64,000 nt of DNA from Mustelus asterias (lineage: Eukaryota): contig NW_027590144.1 of assembly GCF_964213995.1 (NCBI RefSeq), positions 1,116,001 to 1,180,000 on the forward strand, read 5' to 3'. Numbering within the stretch: position 1 is the stretch's first letter; every line of letters starts with the position of its first letter. Of the stretch, positions 1 through 8,356 are shown piece after piece. The position numbers were made by a program, and so were the translations under genes. Below the pieces are notes generated by a model that saw only the letters and a list, made by a program, of their open reading frames with translations, did no database searches and was not told where the DNA came from.

Positions 1-240
1 GACGGCAGGCAGGCAGGTAAGCAGGCCAGACGGCAGGCAGGCAGGTAAGCAGGCCAGACGGCAAGCAGGCAGGTAAGCAGGCCAGACGGCAGGCAGGCAG
101 GTAAGCAGGCCAGACGGCAGGCAGGCAGGTAAGCAGGCCAGACGGCAGGCAGGCAGGTAAGCAGGCCAGACGGCAAGCAGGCAGGTAAGCAGGCCAGACG
201 GCAGGCAGGCAGGTAAGCAGGCCAGACGGCAGGCAGGCAG
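1..240. repeat. 28-bp tandem repeat (GACGGCAGGCAGGCAGGTAAGCAGGCCA), about 8 units visible, in the Tx1 5'UTR
   Basis: Read directly; a shorter array of the same unit lies at ~7095-7250. Confidence 0.95.
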
Positions 241-420
241 GCAACAGGCAGGCCGGGCAAGGCAGGCAGCAGCTCACCTCCCTCCTTCCTCCCCGCAGGG
301 AGCGAAAAACAAACAAACCCAACAAAACAAAAACAAAAACCGGGCGTCTCCGTGAGCAAAAACGAGAGAAAAAAAAAAATAAAGGTACTCACAAAAAAAA
401 GAAAAAAAAACAAACCCACA

Positions 421-489
421 GTTTCCGCCCGGCTCCGACCCGGGCCCCCCGCTACTCGGGCGAACGTGAACTCACCCCACCCCGGAAAC
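421..489 (-). pseudogene. tRNA-Val-derived sequence in the 5' end of the tandem Tx1 copy
   Basis: Reverse complement GTTTCCG...TCACGTTCGCC...CCGGGCGGAAAC aligns end-to-end with vertebrate tRNA-Val; anticodon and B box degenerate. Confidence 0.8.
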
Positions 490-685
490 AAAGTGCAGGC
501 GCTGCCCCAGAGGAGGCACGTTTCAGGCCGTCTGAAGCTCAATTCTCATTCAGAAAGACCTCTTTTTAGGTCAAACCAAGTAAACAAACTCAAATTAAAT
601 CAGGACAAAGTAAAAGGGGCAGCTCCACAAAAAGGAGGGGGAACAGCCCGAACAGAAATCAAAATGCAAAGGAAACTTAAAAACA

Positions 686-3600
686 TCAAATTAAAATGTG
701 ATTATTAGGGTCAATAATGCACCCCAACCCCTGCGGTGCCCAGCGGGCGCGGAAAGCGTCAACCTCGCCCGTGGACACCGCATGCTCCCTCTCCAGGGAC
801 ACCTGGCCGTGAACGTAGCCGCGGTAGAGGGGAAGACAGTCAGGATGGACAGCCCCCTCGATCGCCCGCTGCCTGGACCGGTAAATGGCGCGTTTCGCCA
901 GGCCCAGGAGCAGGTTCACGAGGAGGTCGCCATCCCGACCCTCCCCTCTCCGCACCGGGTGTCCGTAGATCAGGAGCGTGGGACTGAAGTGCAAACAAAA
1001 CATCAATAAAAGGTTCTTCAGGAAAACATAAAGGGAGTGCAGCCTAAGACACTCAACATAGACATGGTCCACGGACTCCACAAGGCCACAGAAAGGGCAG
1101 TCTTCGGAGCCCGTGAACCAGTGAATCCTACGGTTGTGCGGAACTGCTGCATGCATCACCCTCCACCCCAGGTCCCCGACGTAATTGGGGGAGATCCCTC
1201 CGTAGAGGGACCTCCAGCGGGGACCTCCGCCGCCCGGCGGCAACAAGGCCCGCCAAGGTGTATCCGGGCGACAGGCGAGGAGGCGGTAGTGGAAGGTGTG
1301 CAGCAGCAGCCCGCACAGGAAACGCCTCCGCGCGGTAGAAAAAGGCACGGAGGGCATTTCCGCGAGGCGGCTCAGGCTGTGGGGCACCTCACCCAGGGGA
1401 GGGGGCTGAGGCTTTGGGCCAATGTGGAATTCCGCCCGAACAGGGGAACGCTCGGGCGGGATCCCACCGCACGCCTGTGCCGTCTCAAGTTTGCGTGCAG
1501 TTTCGGGGCCGAGCACGACCGTCCTAAGGTCTAGGATGGCTTTGGCCGCGCGCCGGACGGACGTCCCCGCGCGCTCAGCCAGCACGCGGGGACTCATCCA
1601 GCCCGCTCCTCCGCCATCGAGCACGTCCCCGATTCTGGTCACCCCGGCGTCCACAGCCCCCCTCTCCGCCAGCCACCTGAAGTTATACGGCTGGAGGAGC
1701 GGATTCCTGAGCAGCGGCTCTCGCACGAGAGCCGCTACTCCTGACGGGGGAGAGCTGCGTCGCGAGGCGACCTTGTTCCAGACAGTGAGGAGGTCCTGGT
1801 AAAAGACGGGCAACTCCTGCAGGGCGGTCGAAGCACGCCCCAGTTCGATATGCAGGAGCTGCACGTCATAATTGAGGCCGTGCCACTGGCGGAAGAAATA
1901 CGTCGCCATGGCACACCACTGTGGAGGGGGCTCAACGTAAAGGTACCTCTGCAGGGCCTGGAGGCGGAAGGTCGCTATCTGAGTGCGGAGGCACACCAGA
2001 CCTTGTCCGCCCTCCTCAAGCGGGAGATACAGGACCGCAGCAGGGACCCAGTGCAGTCGATTGCCCCAGAAGAACCGCACGAGGGTTCTCTGGATATCGG
2101 TGACAAAGCCAGGGGGAGGGGTCAAAGGGACCAGCCGGTACCACAGCATGGAGGCGACCAGCTGGTTTATGACTCGAGCTCGCGCCCCGTAGGACAGCAC
2201 TCGGAGCAGTCCTGTCCAGCGACCCAGGCGGGCGGAGACTTTGGCCTCCAGCTCCCGCCAGTTCGCCGGCCAGGATTCCTCGGCTGGGCAGAGATGGGCC
2301 CCCAAGTAGAGGAGGTTGGTCCTGCTCCAGGTGAAAGGCCTGAGCTCCTCCGGAAGGGGGTCCGTCTCCCAAGGACCGACAAGGAGTCCGGAGCACTTGG
2401 CCCAGTTGATCCTGGCGGAGGACGCGGCGGAGTACACCGCCTGGCATTCTCGCATCCTCCGCAGGTCAGCCGGGTCCGTGAACATGAGGAGCACGTCGTC
2501 GGCGTAAGCTGACAGGACCACCCCTACGTCCGGTCCGCGCAGGACCAAACCTGACAACCTCCTCCGCAAGAGGCGCAGGAATGGCTCCACGCATACGGAA
2601 TACAGTTGGCCGGACAAGGGGCAGCCCTGCCGTACTCCTCTCCCGAAGCGAAGGGGCGCCGTCAGGGACCCGTTAACCTTAATCAGACACTCTGCGGCAG
2701 AGTACAGTAATCGGATCCGGGCGACAAACTGCGTCCCGAACCCGAATGCCCGCAGAGTCCCGAGTAAATACTCGTGCTCCACCCTGTCGAACGCCTTCTC
2801 CTGATCTAATGACAAGAAGGCGCCCGACAGACCAGCCCTCTGGGTGTGATGGATTAGGTCCCGGACCAGGTGGAGATTGTCATGTATGCAACGGCCCGGG
2901 ACCGTGTAGGACTGGTCAGGGTGGATCAAGTGGTCCAGCACGGATCCAAGGCGTGAAGCCATAGCCCTGGCAAAGATTTTATAATCCGTGCTGAGGAGGG
3001 AGACCGGGCGCCAGTTCTTGAGCAGGTGGAGATCCCCCTTCTTGGGCAGCAGGGCAATGACGGCCCTGCGCCACGAAAGGGGCATCTCCCCGGTAGCGAC
3101 GCTCTCCCCCAGGACCCCCGCGTAGTCGCTCCCCAGGACGTCCCAGAACGCCCTGAAGAACTCTACTGTCAGCCCGTCCAGCCCAGGGGCCTTGCCCCGG
3201 CTGAGCCCATTTAGGGCGCCGGTCAGCTCGGCCATGGTGGTAGGGGCCTCGAGCCTGCCGACGCCCTCCGGGCTGACCTGCGGCAGGTCCTCCCACAGAA
3301 GTCTGCGGGCATCCTCGCTGGACGGATCCGGAGAGAAGAGCGAGGTGTAATACTCCCGGGCAATGGCCCGGATGCCCTCCGGATCCGAGACGGGGGAACC
3401 GTCGTCGGCCAGCAGCGTAAGGAGCTGCTGACGGTTAGCCCGCCCTCTTTCCAGCGAGTAGAAGAAGGGGGAGCCGCGGTCCAGGTCCACCCGGAACTGG
3501 AGCCGCGACCTCACGTACGCGCCGCGAGACCTGGCAAGCTGCAGGTCCCGCAGCGCGTCCTTCTTCTCCCTGTACTCCGAACGCAGGGCCGGGTCCGCGT

Positions 3601-4579
3601 CAGGCCGACTGAGACGTGCCTCCAGGTCGAGCACCTCCTTCTCCAACTCCTCGAGCCTGGATTTCCGCCTCTTTGTCGACCCCCTCGCGTACCCCTGACA
3701 GAAGGTACGGACGTGAGTCTTGCCCACATCCCACCAGAGCCTCAAGGAGGGGAAGCCTCCCCGCTTCCTTCTCCAGCCGGCCCAGAATCGACGGAACGAG
3801 TCCAGGAAGCGCTCGTCCTCCAGCAGCGTGTTGTTAAAGTGCCAGTACGCGGACCCCCGCCGGATGCGAGACGGCGCAAAGTCCGCCCACACCAGGCTGT
3901 GGTCCGTGCTCGACACCGGCCGCATGGAGACCGAGGACACGCCGGACACGTGCGCCTTCGAAATGTAAAGGCGGTCGAGCCTGGACGCTCCGACTCCAGG
4001 CCTCACGAAAGTGAAGGCGCTGGAGCCAGGATGGAGATGCCTCCAGACGTCCACCAAGTCGTGGGACCCGATCAGGTCCCGCAACTTCACCACCGCCGGA
4101 GTGCGCAGCCAGGGGCCGGTGCGGTCCCGTGCCTCGAGGAGGCAGTTGAAATCTCCCCCGAGGATAATGCATTCGCCCCCCGCGATGGTGTCGACGTGAG
4201 CGGACACTTTCTCGTAGAAAGTCGTTTGCTGCGGTCCAGCGGTCGGGGCGTAGACATTCAGCAAGTGAATGACCACGCCCCCCTCACGGACCGTCAAGTG
4301 CAGCAACCGGCCTGGCACCGGCTCCTTGACCCCCAAGATCTCCGGCTTATAACGCGGGGCCAACAAGATAGCCACCCCGCAAGAAGCGAGCGTGAGGTGG
4401 CTCATGTAGACCCCCCCTTGCCACTCCAGGAGCCATTGGGCTTCGTCTCCCGGAACGGTGTGGGTTTCCTGCAGGAAACACACCGCATACTTCCCGTCAC
4501 GGAGGACCGAGAAGTTCTGGAACCTGCGGTGTGGCTCACTGCTGCCGTTGATGTTGAGGCTGGCTATGGTCACCTTCAT
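686..4579 (-). CDS. Tx1 ORF2: APE endonuclease + reverse transcriptase + C-terminal CCHC (1297 aa)
   Basis: ASLNING, FLQETH, GGDFN, SRLDR, TDH (APE); PGLDG, WRPVSLL, DQEKAFD, RQGCPLS, AYADD, YLG (RT); CPFC-x8-H-x4-C. Confidence 0.97.
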   Translation of the reverse strand: MKVTIASLNINGSSEPHRRFQNFSVLRDGKYAVCFLQETHTVPGDEAQWLLEWQGGVYMSHLTLASCGVAILLAPRYKPEILGVKEPVPGRLLHLTVREGGVVIHLLNVYAPTAGPQQTTFYEKVSAHVDTIAGGECIILGGDFNCLLEARDRTGPWLRTPAVVKLRDLIGSHDLVDVWRHLHPGSSAFTFVRPGVGASRLDRLYISKAHVSGVSSVSMRPVSSTDHSLVWADFAPSRIRRGSAYWHFNNTLLEDERFLDSFRRFWAGWRRKRGGFPSLRLWWDVGKTHVRTFCQGYARGSTKRRKSRLEELEKEVLDLEARLSRPDADPALRSEYREKKDALRDLQLARSRGAYVRSRLQFRVDLDRGSPFFYSLERGRANRQQLLTLLADDGSPVSDPEGIRAIAREYYTSLFSPDPSSEDARRLLWEDLPQVSPEGVGRLEAPTTMAELTGALNGLSRGKAPGLDGLTVEFFRAFWDVLGSDYAGVLGESVATGEMPLSWRRAVIALLPKKGDLHLLKNWRPVSLLSTDYKIFARAMASRLGSVLDHLIHPDQSYTVPGRCIHDNLHLVRDLIHHTQRAGLSGAFLSLDQEKAFDRVEHEYLLGTLRAFGFGTQFVARIRLLYSAAECLIKVNGSLTAPLRFGRGVRQGCPLSGQLYSVCVEPFLRLLRRRLSGLVLRGPDVGVVLSAYADDVLLMFTDPADLRRMRECQAVYSAASSARINWAKCSGLLVGPWETDPLPEELRPFTWSRTNLLYLGAHLCPAEESWPANWRELEAKVSARLGRWTGLLRVLSYGARARVINQLVASMLWYRLVPLTPPPGFVTDIQRTLVRFFWGNRLHWVPAAVLYLPLEEGGQGLVCLRTQIATFRLQALQRYLYVEPPPQWCAMATYFFRQWHGLNYDVQLLHIELGRASTALQELPVFYQDLLTVWNKVASRRSSPPSGVAALVREPLLRNPLLQPYNFRWLAERGAVDAGVTRIGDVLDGGGAGWMSPRVLAERAGTSVRRAAKAILDLRTVVLGPETARKLETAQACGGIPPERSPVRAEFHIGPKPQPPPLGEVPHSLSRLAEMPSVPFSTARRRFLCGLLLHTFHYRLLACRPDTPWRALLPPGGGGPRWRSLYGGISPNYVGDLGWRVMHAAVPHNRRIHWFTGSEDCPFCGLVESVDHVYVECLRLHSLYVFLKNLLLMFCLHFSPTLLIYGHPVRRGEGRDGDLLVNLLLGLAKRAIYRSRQRAIEGAVHPDCLPLYRGYVHGQVSLEREHAVSTGEVDAFRARWAPQGLGCIIDPNNHILI

Positions 4580-4607
4580 GTCAGCAGCTTTGTGCCACCG
4601 TCACCAC

Positions 4608-6701
4608 TTAACTAGGTGTGTGGGGGGGCGCTGGCGCAATTCTCACCAGTCCACCCCCCACCTTTTCGAGCCTGTGGAGGAACCGCAGTACCCAGCGCCG
4701 CTCTATTTTCTCCAGGCCCGCGGAGGCATGCGAGCATGCCTTCACGGACCGGACGAGCTGCGCCAGGTCCGGCCAGCGGCCGAGGGCTAGCCGGATTATG
4801 TCGGAGCGACCGGAATGGCTACGGATAAAGACCCTGAGGTCCTTGGAGGGGATGAGGGACGACTCGGTGGGGGGCACGAGGGAGTCCCCCGCCTCGCTCT
4901 GGGCAGACTCTGAAAGTGTCCCCGTGCCCTCCACCGAGCCGCTGACCTCCTCAGGGCGGTCGCCCCTCGACTCCGAGTCCCCCGCCGCAGGACGTACGGC
5001 GGGCGGCACGGAGCCACCAACTAGCCCTAGCCCCTCCCCGATCCCACCCCCAGGATCGGTGGAGGAGGGGTTCCCCCCGGGCTCACCTTTCCCGGATTGC
5101 GGGCCCCCGTGCGGCGGCGGCCCAGCCGCCCCCTCCGCCCCAGACGCTTGGACACCCCCCAGGTCCGGTGTATCCTTCGGACTGAGGTTGGGGATGTCCA
5201 GCGTCCAAGGTCGGGACGGAGAGGACGAGTGGATCGTCTCTTCGCCACCGCCGCACGAGGACATGAACATTGGAGTGTCGCCCCAGTCCCCCGACAGACT
5301 GAAGAAGAACTCCGGGTTGTAACCGGCCGGGTGGAACGGAACCGTGGGGGCCCCGCTGCCACCCGGCCCCGGACACTCCTCGCCGGGGGACTGAGGCAAC
5401 ACATGCTTGGATTTACAGGGTGCCTTGCCCCCTTTTTTCTGGGGACAAGGCACAAAGACAGGTGGGGGCACGGCAGGAGATGACTCACAAGGGGGGAGGG
5501 GCACGCAGACCTCGAACTCTACGGTGCCCGAGGGGCCCCGCCTCTTTTTGTTAACCTGCCCTCGGGCAGGCGAGGCCCCTCGCCCTCCGCCCCTCTTCGC
5601 CTTGCCGCGCCCCCCCTGCTCTCCCGTCACTTCCCCCCGAGGTGGCGGCGTCGCCAGTTTTGCCGGCTCGGGGTCGCTTACCCCCCCATGCTCGGGCCCA
5701 TGATCCCGGGCGCCGGACCCAGCACGAGGCCCCGGAGAGCCCACGGGCCCGGCAGATGGTGGTGGTGGGGGGGGTGCGCAGGTGGAGACTGAGGCGGTCC
5801 CCGAGCCGGCTGCCGGGGTGGTTGGGGTGTTTTCCCTGGGGGCCGGGGTTCCGGTACCCCCCTTCTTTTTTGTAGGTCCTTTATGGGCCTTTTGGCCGCG
5901 CGGGGGCTCCGCTCCCCCCCCGCCGGCAGCTGAGGTGGCAGCTGCTGCCGGCGTGGCCTCCCCTCGCGGGGGGGCAGATGGTACTCGCTTGGGGGGAGAG
6001 GGGGCTGCGGTGCCAGCTGCGGCCGCCTTGGGTTGGTGGTCGGCGGCCTTGGAGACGGGGCAGTTTTTCCTCACGTGCCCCGCCTCCTTACAGGCATGGC
6101 ACCGCACACCGTCCGCGGACCAAAAGACCCGGTACGTGGTCCCCTCGTGGGGGACATTGAAACCTCCCTCCAGTTCCTCCTCCCGGGCCAGGCGGACAAA
6201 AACCTGGCGCCGGAAGGAGTATATGTGGCGGAGGGAGGGGTCCCGAAGGCCGAGCGGGATCGGCTGCACCCCGGACCTGACCTCCCCCAGTAGATGGAGG
6301 TGGGGGAGGAGGAGCTCACTCGGTAGGAAGGGCGGGACGTTCGATATTACTATCTTGTGGGCGGTGGCCTCCAAAGGGTCCACCGCCAGGAACGTCCCGC
6401 CCACCGTGAGCCCCTTTTCCAGGGCGAGGCGAACCGCCCGCTCGGCCTTCAGGAAGAATACGGCCCGGCCGTACATCTTTGAGGCCGCGACAATGGCTGA
6501 GGGGCCGACAACCCCAGCCATTGCCTTAACGCAGGCCTCGATAGACATGTCGGGGTGGGCGTAGCACTTCACCCCGAGCTGCCGCGTGATTAAAGAGAAT
6601 GGCGGCAGGGCCTTGGGAGCGGCGGGGGCTCTGGCAGCCGCCACGCCCGCATAGGTGGGCCGAGAAGGCCCTGCCACCGGCGACGCTGGTGATGTCGCCA
6701 T
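4608..6701 (-). CDS. Tx1 ORF1 nucleic-acid-binding protein with CCHC zinc knuckle (697 aa)
   Basis: Tx1-type N-terminal region (ASKMYGRAVFFL, ISNVPPFLP, SFRRQV), knuckle CHACKEAGHVRKNC, long Pro/Gly-rich C-terminus; immediately upstream of ORF2. Confidence 0.92.
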   Translation of the reverse strand: MATSPASPVAGPSRPTYAGVAAARAPAAPKALPPFSLITRQLGVKCYAHPDMSIEACVKAMAGVVGPSAIVAASKMYGRAVFFLKAERAVRLALEKGLTVGGTFLAVDPLEATAHKIVISNVPPFLPSELLLPHLHLLGEVRSGVQPIPLGLRDPSLRHIYSFRRQVFVRLAREEELEGGFNVPHEGTTYRVFWSADGVRCHACKEAGHVRKNCPVSKAADHQPKAAAAGTAAPSPPKRVPSAPPRGEATPAAAATSAAGGGGAEPPRGQKAHKGPTKKKGGTGTPAPRENTPTTPAAGSGTASVSTCAPPPPPPSAGPVGSPGPRAGSGARDHGPEHGGVSDPEPAKLATPPPRGEVTGEQGGRGKAKRGGGRGASPARGQVNKKRRGPSGTVEFEVCVPLPPCESSPAVPPPVFVPCPQKKGGKAPCKSKHVLPQSPGEECPGPGGSGAPTVPFHPAGYNPEFFFSLSGDWGDTPMFMSSCGGGEETIHSSSPSRPWTLDIPNLSPKDTPDLGGVQASGAEGAAGPPPHGGPQSGKGEPGGNPSSTDPGGGIGEGLGLVGGSVPPAVRPAAGDSESRGDRPEEVSGSVEGTGTLSESAQSEAGDSLVPPTESSLIPSKDLRVFIRSHSGRSDIIRLALGRWPDLAQLVRSVKACSHASAGLEKIERRWVLRFLHRLEKVGGGLVRIAPAPPHTPS

Positions 6702-7094
6702 TGTATCAGGGGAAGTGCTACACCCACCCCGAGACTGCCCAGATGCACGGCAGGGCGTATGTGGGATGGGGAAGATAAGGCAGGGTGGGGTAGGCGGGGA
6801 AGGGTGTAGGTGCTCTCTCCTCGGAGCGAGAGAGGGAGAGAGGAGGTTGGAGGAGCAGGAGGGAGATGAGGCACAAGGCCGGTGCCCCAGTCAGGAGGGA
6901 AAAGGGGAGGGGGTGCCGGTCCCGGGGGCAGCAGTAGTGGGTAGGGGAAATAGGAAAGGTCTTCACCCCCCCCCACTGCAGATGGAAAAGAGACAGTCCA
7001 AACGCCTTCGCCCCCCCCCCCTCTCCTCCAGTCACTCCCTGTCCTCTCTTCCTCCCCCCCCCCCCCGGGAGAGCGCACCCTCCAGAGGCCGGAT

Positions 7095-7270
7095 GGCAGG
7101 CAAGCAGGCAGTCAGGCAGTCCAGACGGCAGGCAGCCCAGACGGCAGGCAGGCAGGTAGGTAAGCAGGCCAGACGGCAGGCAGGCAGGTAAGCAGGCCAG
7201 ACGGCAGGCAGGCAGGTAAGCAGGCCAGACGGCAGGCAGGCAGGCAACAGGCAGGCCGGGCAAGGCAGGC
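7095..7270. repeat. GGCA-rich / 28-bp tandem repeat in the Tx1 5'UTR
   Basis: Same unit as 1-240, with fewer copies. Confidence 0.9.
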
Positions 7271-7420
7271 AGCAGCTCACCTCCCTCCTTCCTCCCCGCA
7301 GGGAGCCAAGAACAAACAAAACAAAACAAAACAAACAGAACCGGGCGTCTTCTTAAACAAACTGAAAAACAAAGTGTGTTACTCACAAACCAAACAAAAA
7401 AAAAGAAAGCAAGTCCAAAA

Positions 7421-7490
7421 GTTTCCGCCCGGCTCCGACCCGGGGCCCCCCGCTACTCGGGCGAACGTGAAACCACTTCACCCCGGAAAC
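7421..7490 (-). pseudogene. tRNA-Val-derived head of the full-length Tx1 copy
   Basis: RC GTTTCCGGGGTGAAGTGGTTTCACGTTCGCC...CCGGGCGGAAAC; acceptor stem GTTTCCG/CGGAAAC intact, B box mutated. Confidence 0.82.
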
Positions 7491-7555
7491 AAAGTGCAGG
7501 CGCTGCCCCAGAGGAGGCACGTTTCAGGCCGTCTGAAGCTCAATGTTCATTCAGA

Positions 7556-8063
7556 GAGAGAGAAGCAGCAGCAGCTTTGCTGGACAGGAATGAGCAGCTG
7601 AACAAGCTCATTGTCCACTTCCGCATTCAGACAATGAGGAGCTGTGATTGGCTGGAGGAGCCCAGACGTCCGGTCCCCCAGGGTTCCCATTGGTCAATGC
7701 CCCGCAGACAGACAATGAGGGGCGGAGCCCCACGTGGGGGTGGGCGGGACTTTGCCCTCCAGCCGCGCTGAGCTGTTGTCCAATGGGGCAGGCTGGAAGA
7801 CCCGGACAGACAATGGTCAGTGCGCCGGCTCTGTCCCGGGCCCCGCCCCACACCCGCACATTCCACATAACGCGCATCCTCCGAAATCCACACATGCTCA
7901 TTCCCCAAATTCCGCCAATGTGCCCAAATTCCGACTCACTGCCTCTCACCGTAGCCAATGGGAAGTGTTGGAACACCGGAAGGACTCTGGTCCTTGTGTG
8001 AATGAAGATTGAGCTTCAGACGGACTCAAACTTCCTCCTTAAAAGAGGCCAATATCTGTGAGT
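7556..8063. promoter_or_regulatory. Bidirectional ZNF promoter P1 and plus-strand non-coding exon 1 (donor GTGAGT at 8058)
   Basis: Several CCAAT/ATTGG boxes, GC boxes, CACGTG, ACTTCCG; homologous to 30750-31000 and 44800-44970; leader GAATGAA-ATTGAGCTTCAGAC present in both orientations. Confidence 0.65.
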
Positions 8064-8356
8064 AAAACACTTTCTATTCTTCCCCTTTCCATTTATTTTC
8101 TCATTCTGCGGGAAATTGGGGACTTGCAGCAACTGAAGGGAAAGGAAGTGAATCCAGGGAGGCTGCAGACTCTGGAAAGGTTGGTCCAGGTCTCTCTCTC
8201 TCTCTTAAAGACATTGACATCCTTTGCTCCCTCAGCTTGACACATTGATTTGTCTGGCTAAAAGGATGATCACTTTCCTAATGTTCCTTTCCTAATGTCC
8301 CTTTCCTAATGTTTCCCAGGAGATGACTGACATTTAAGGGGACAGTAAATTAATAT

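Larger units (their letters stand above)
1..558 (-). mobile_element. 5' end (leader, tRNA-like head, 5'UTR) of a second, tandem Tx1-clade copy that continues beyond the left window edge
   Basis: 1-555 is a close paralog of ~7140-7555 (same 28-bp repeat, CAGCAGCTCACCTCCCTCC block, tRNA-Val-like segment, AAAGTGCAGGCGCTGCCCCAGAGGAGGCACG...) and directly abuts the 3' end of the full-length copy at 559. Confidence 0.85.
559..7555 (-). mobile_element. Full-length Tx1-clade (L1 group) non-LTR retrotransposon, two intact ORFs, no poly(A) tail
   Basis: ORF1 + ORF2 architecture, short 3'UTR (559-685) ending ...GGTTTGACCTAAAAAGAGG, GC/CpG-rich body. Confidence 0.92.

Noticed and set aside
1-240. CRISPR-like array
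   Set aside because: Contiguous tandem units without unique spacers; eukaryotic context
698-7400. Many overlapping 60-300 aa ORFs within the Tx1 element
   Set aside because: Shadow frames of GC-rich ORF1/ORF2 and the repeat; no recognisable motifs
421-7490. Functional tRNA-Val genes at 421-489 and 7421-7490
   Set aside because: Anticodon arm and B box are degenerate; treated as tRNA-derived modules
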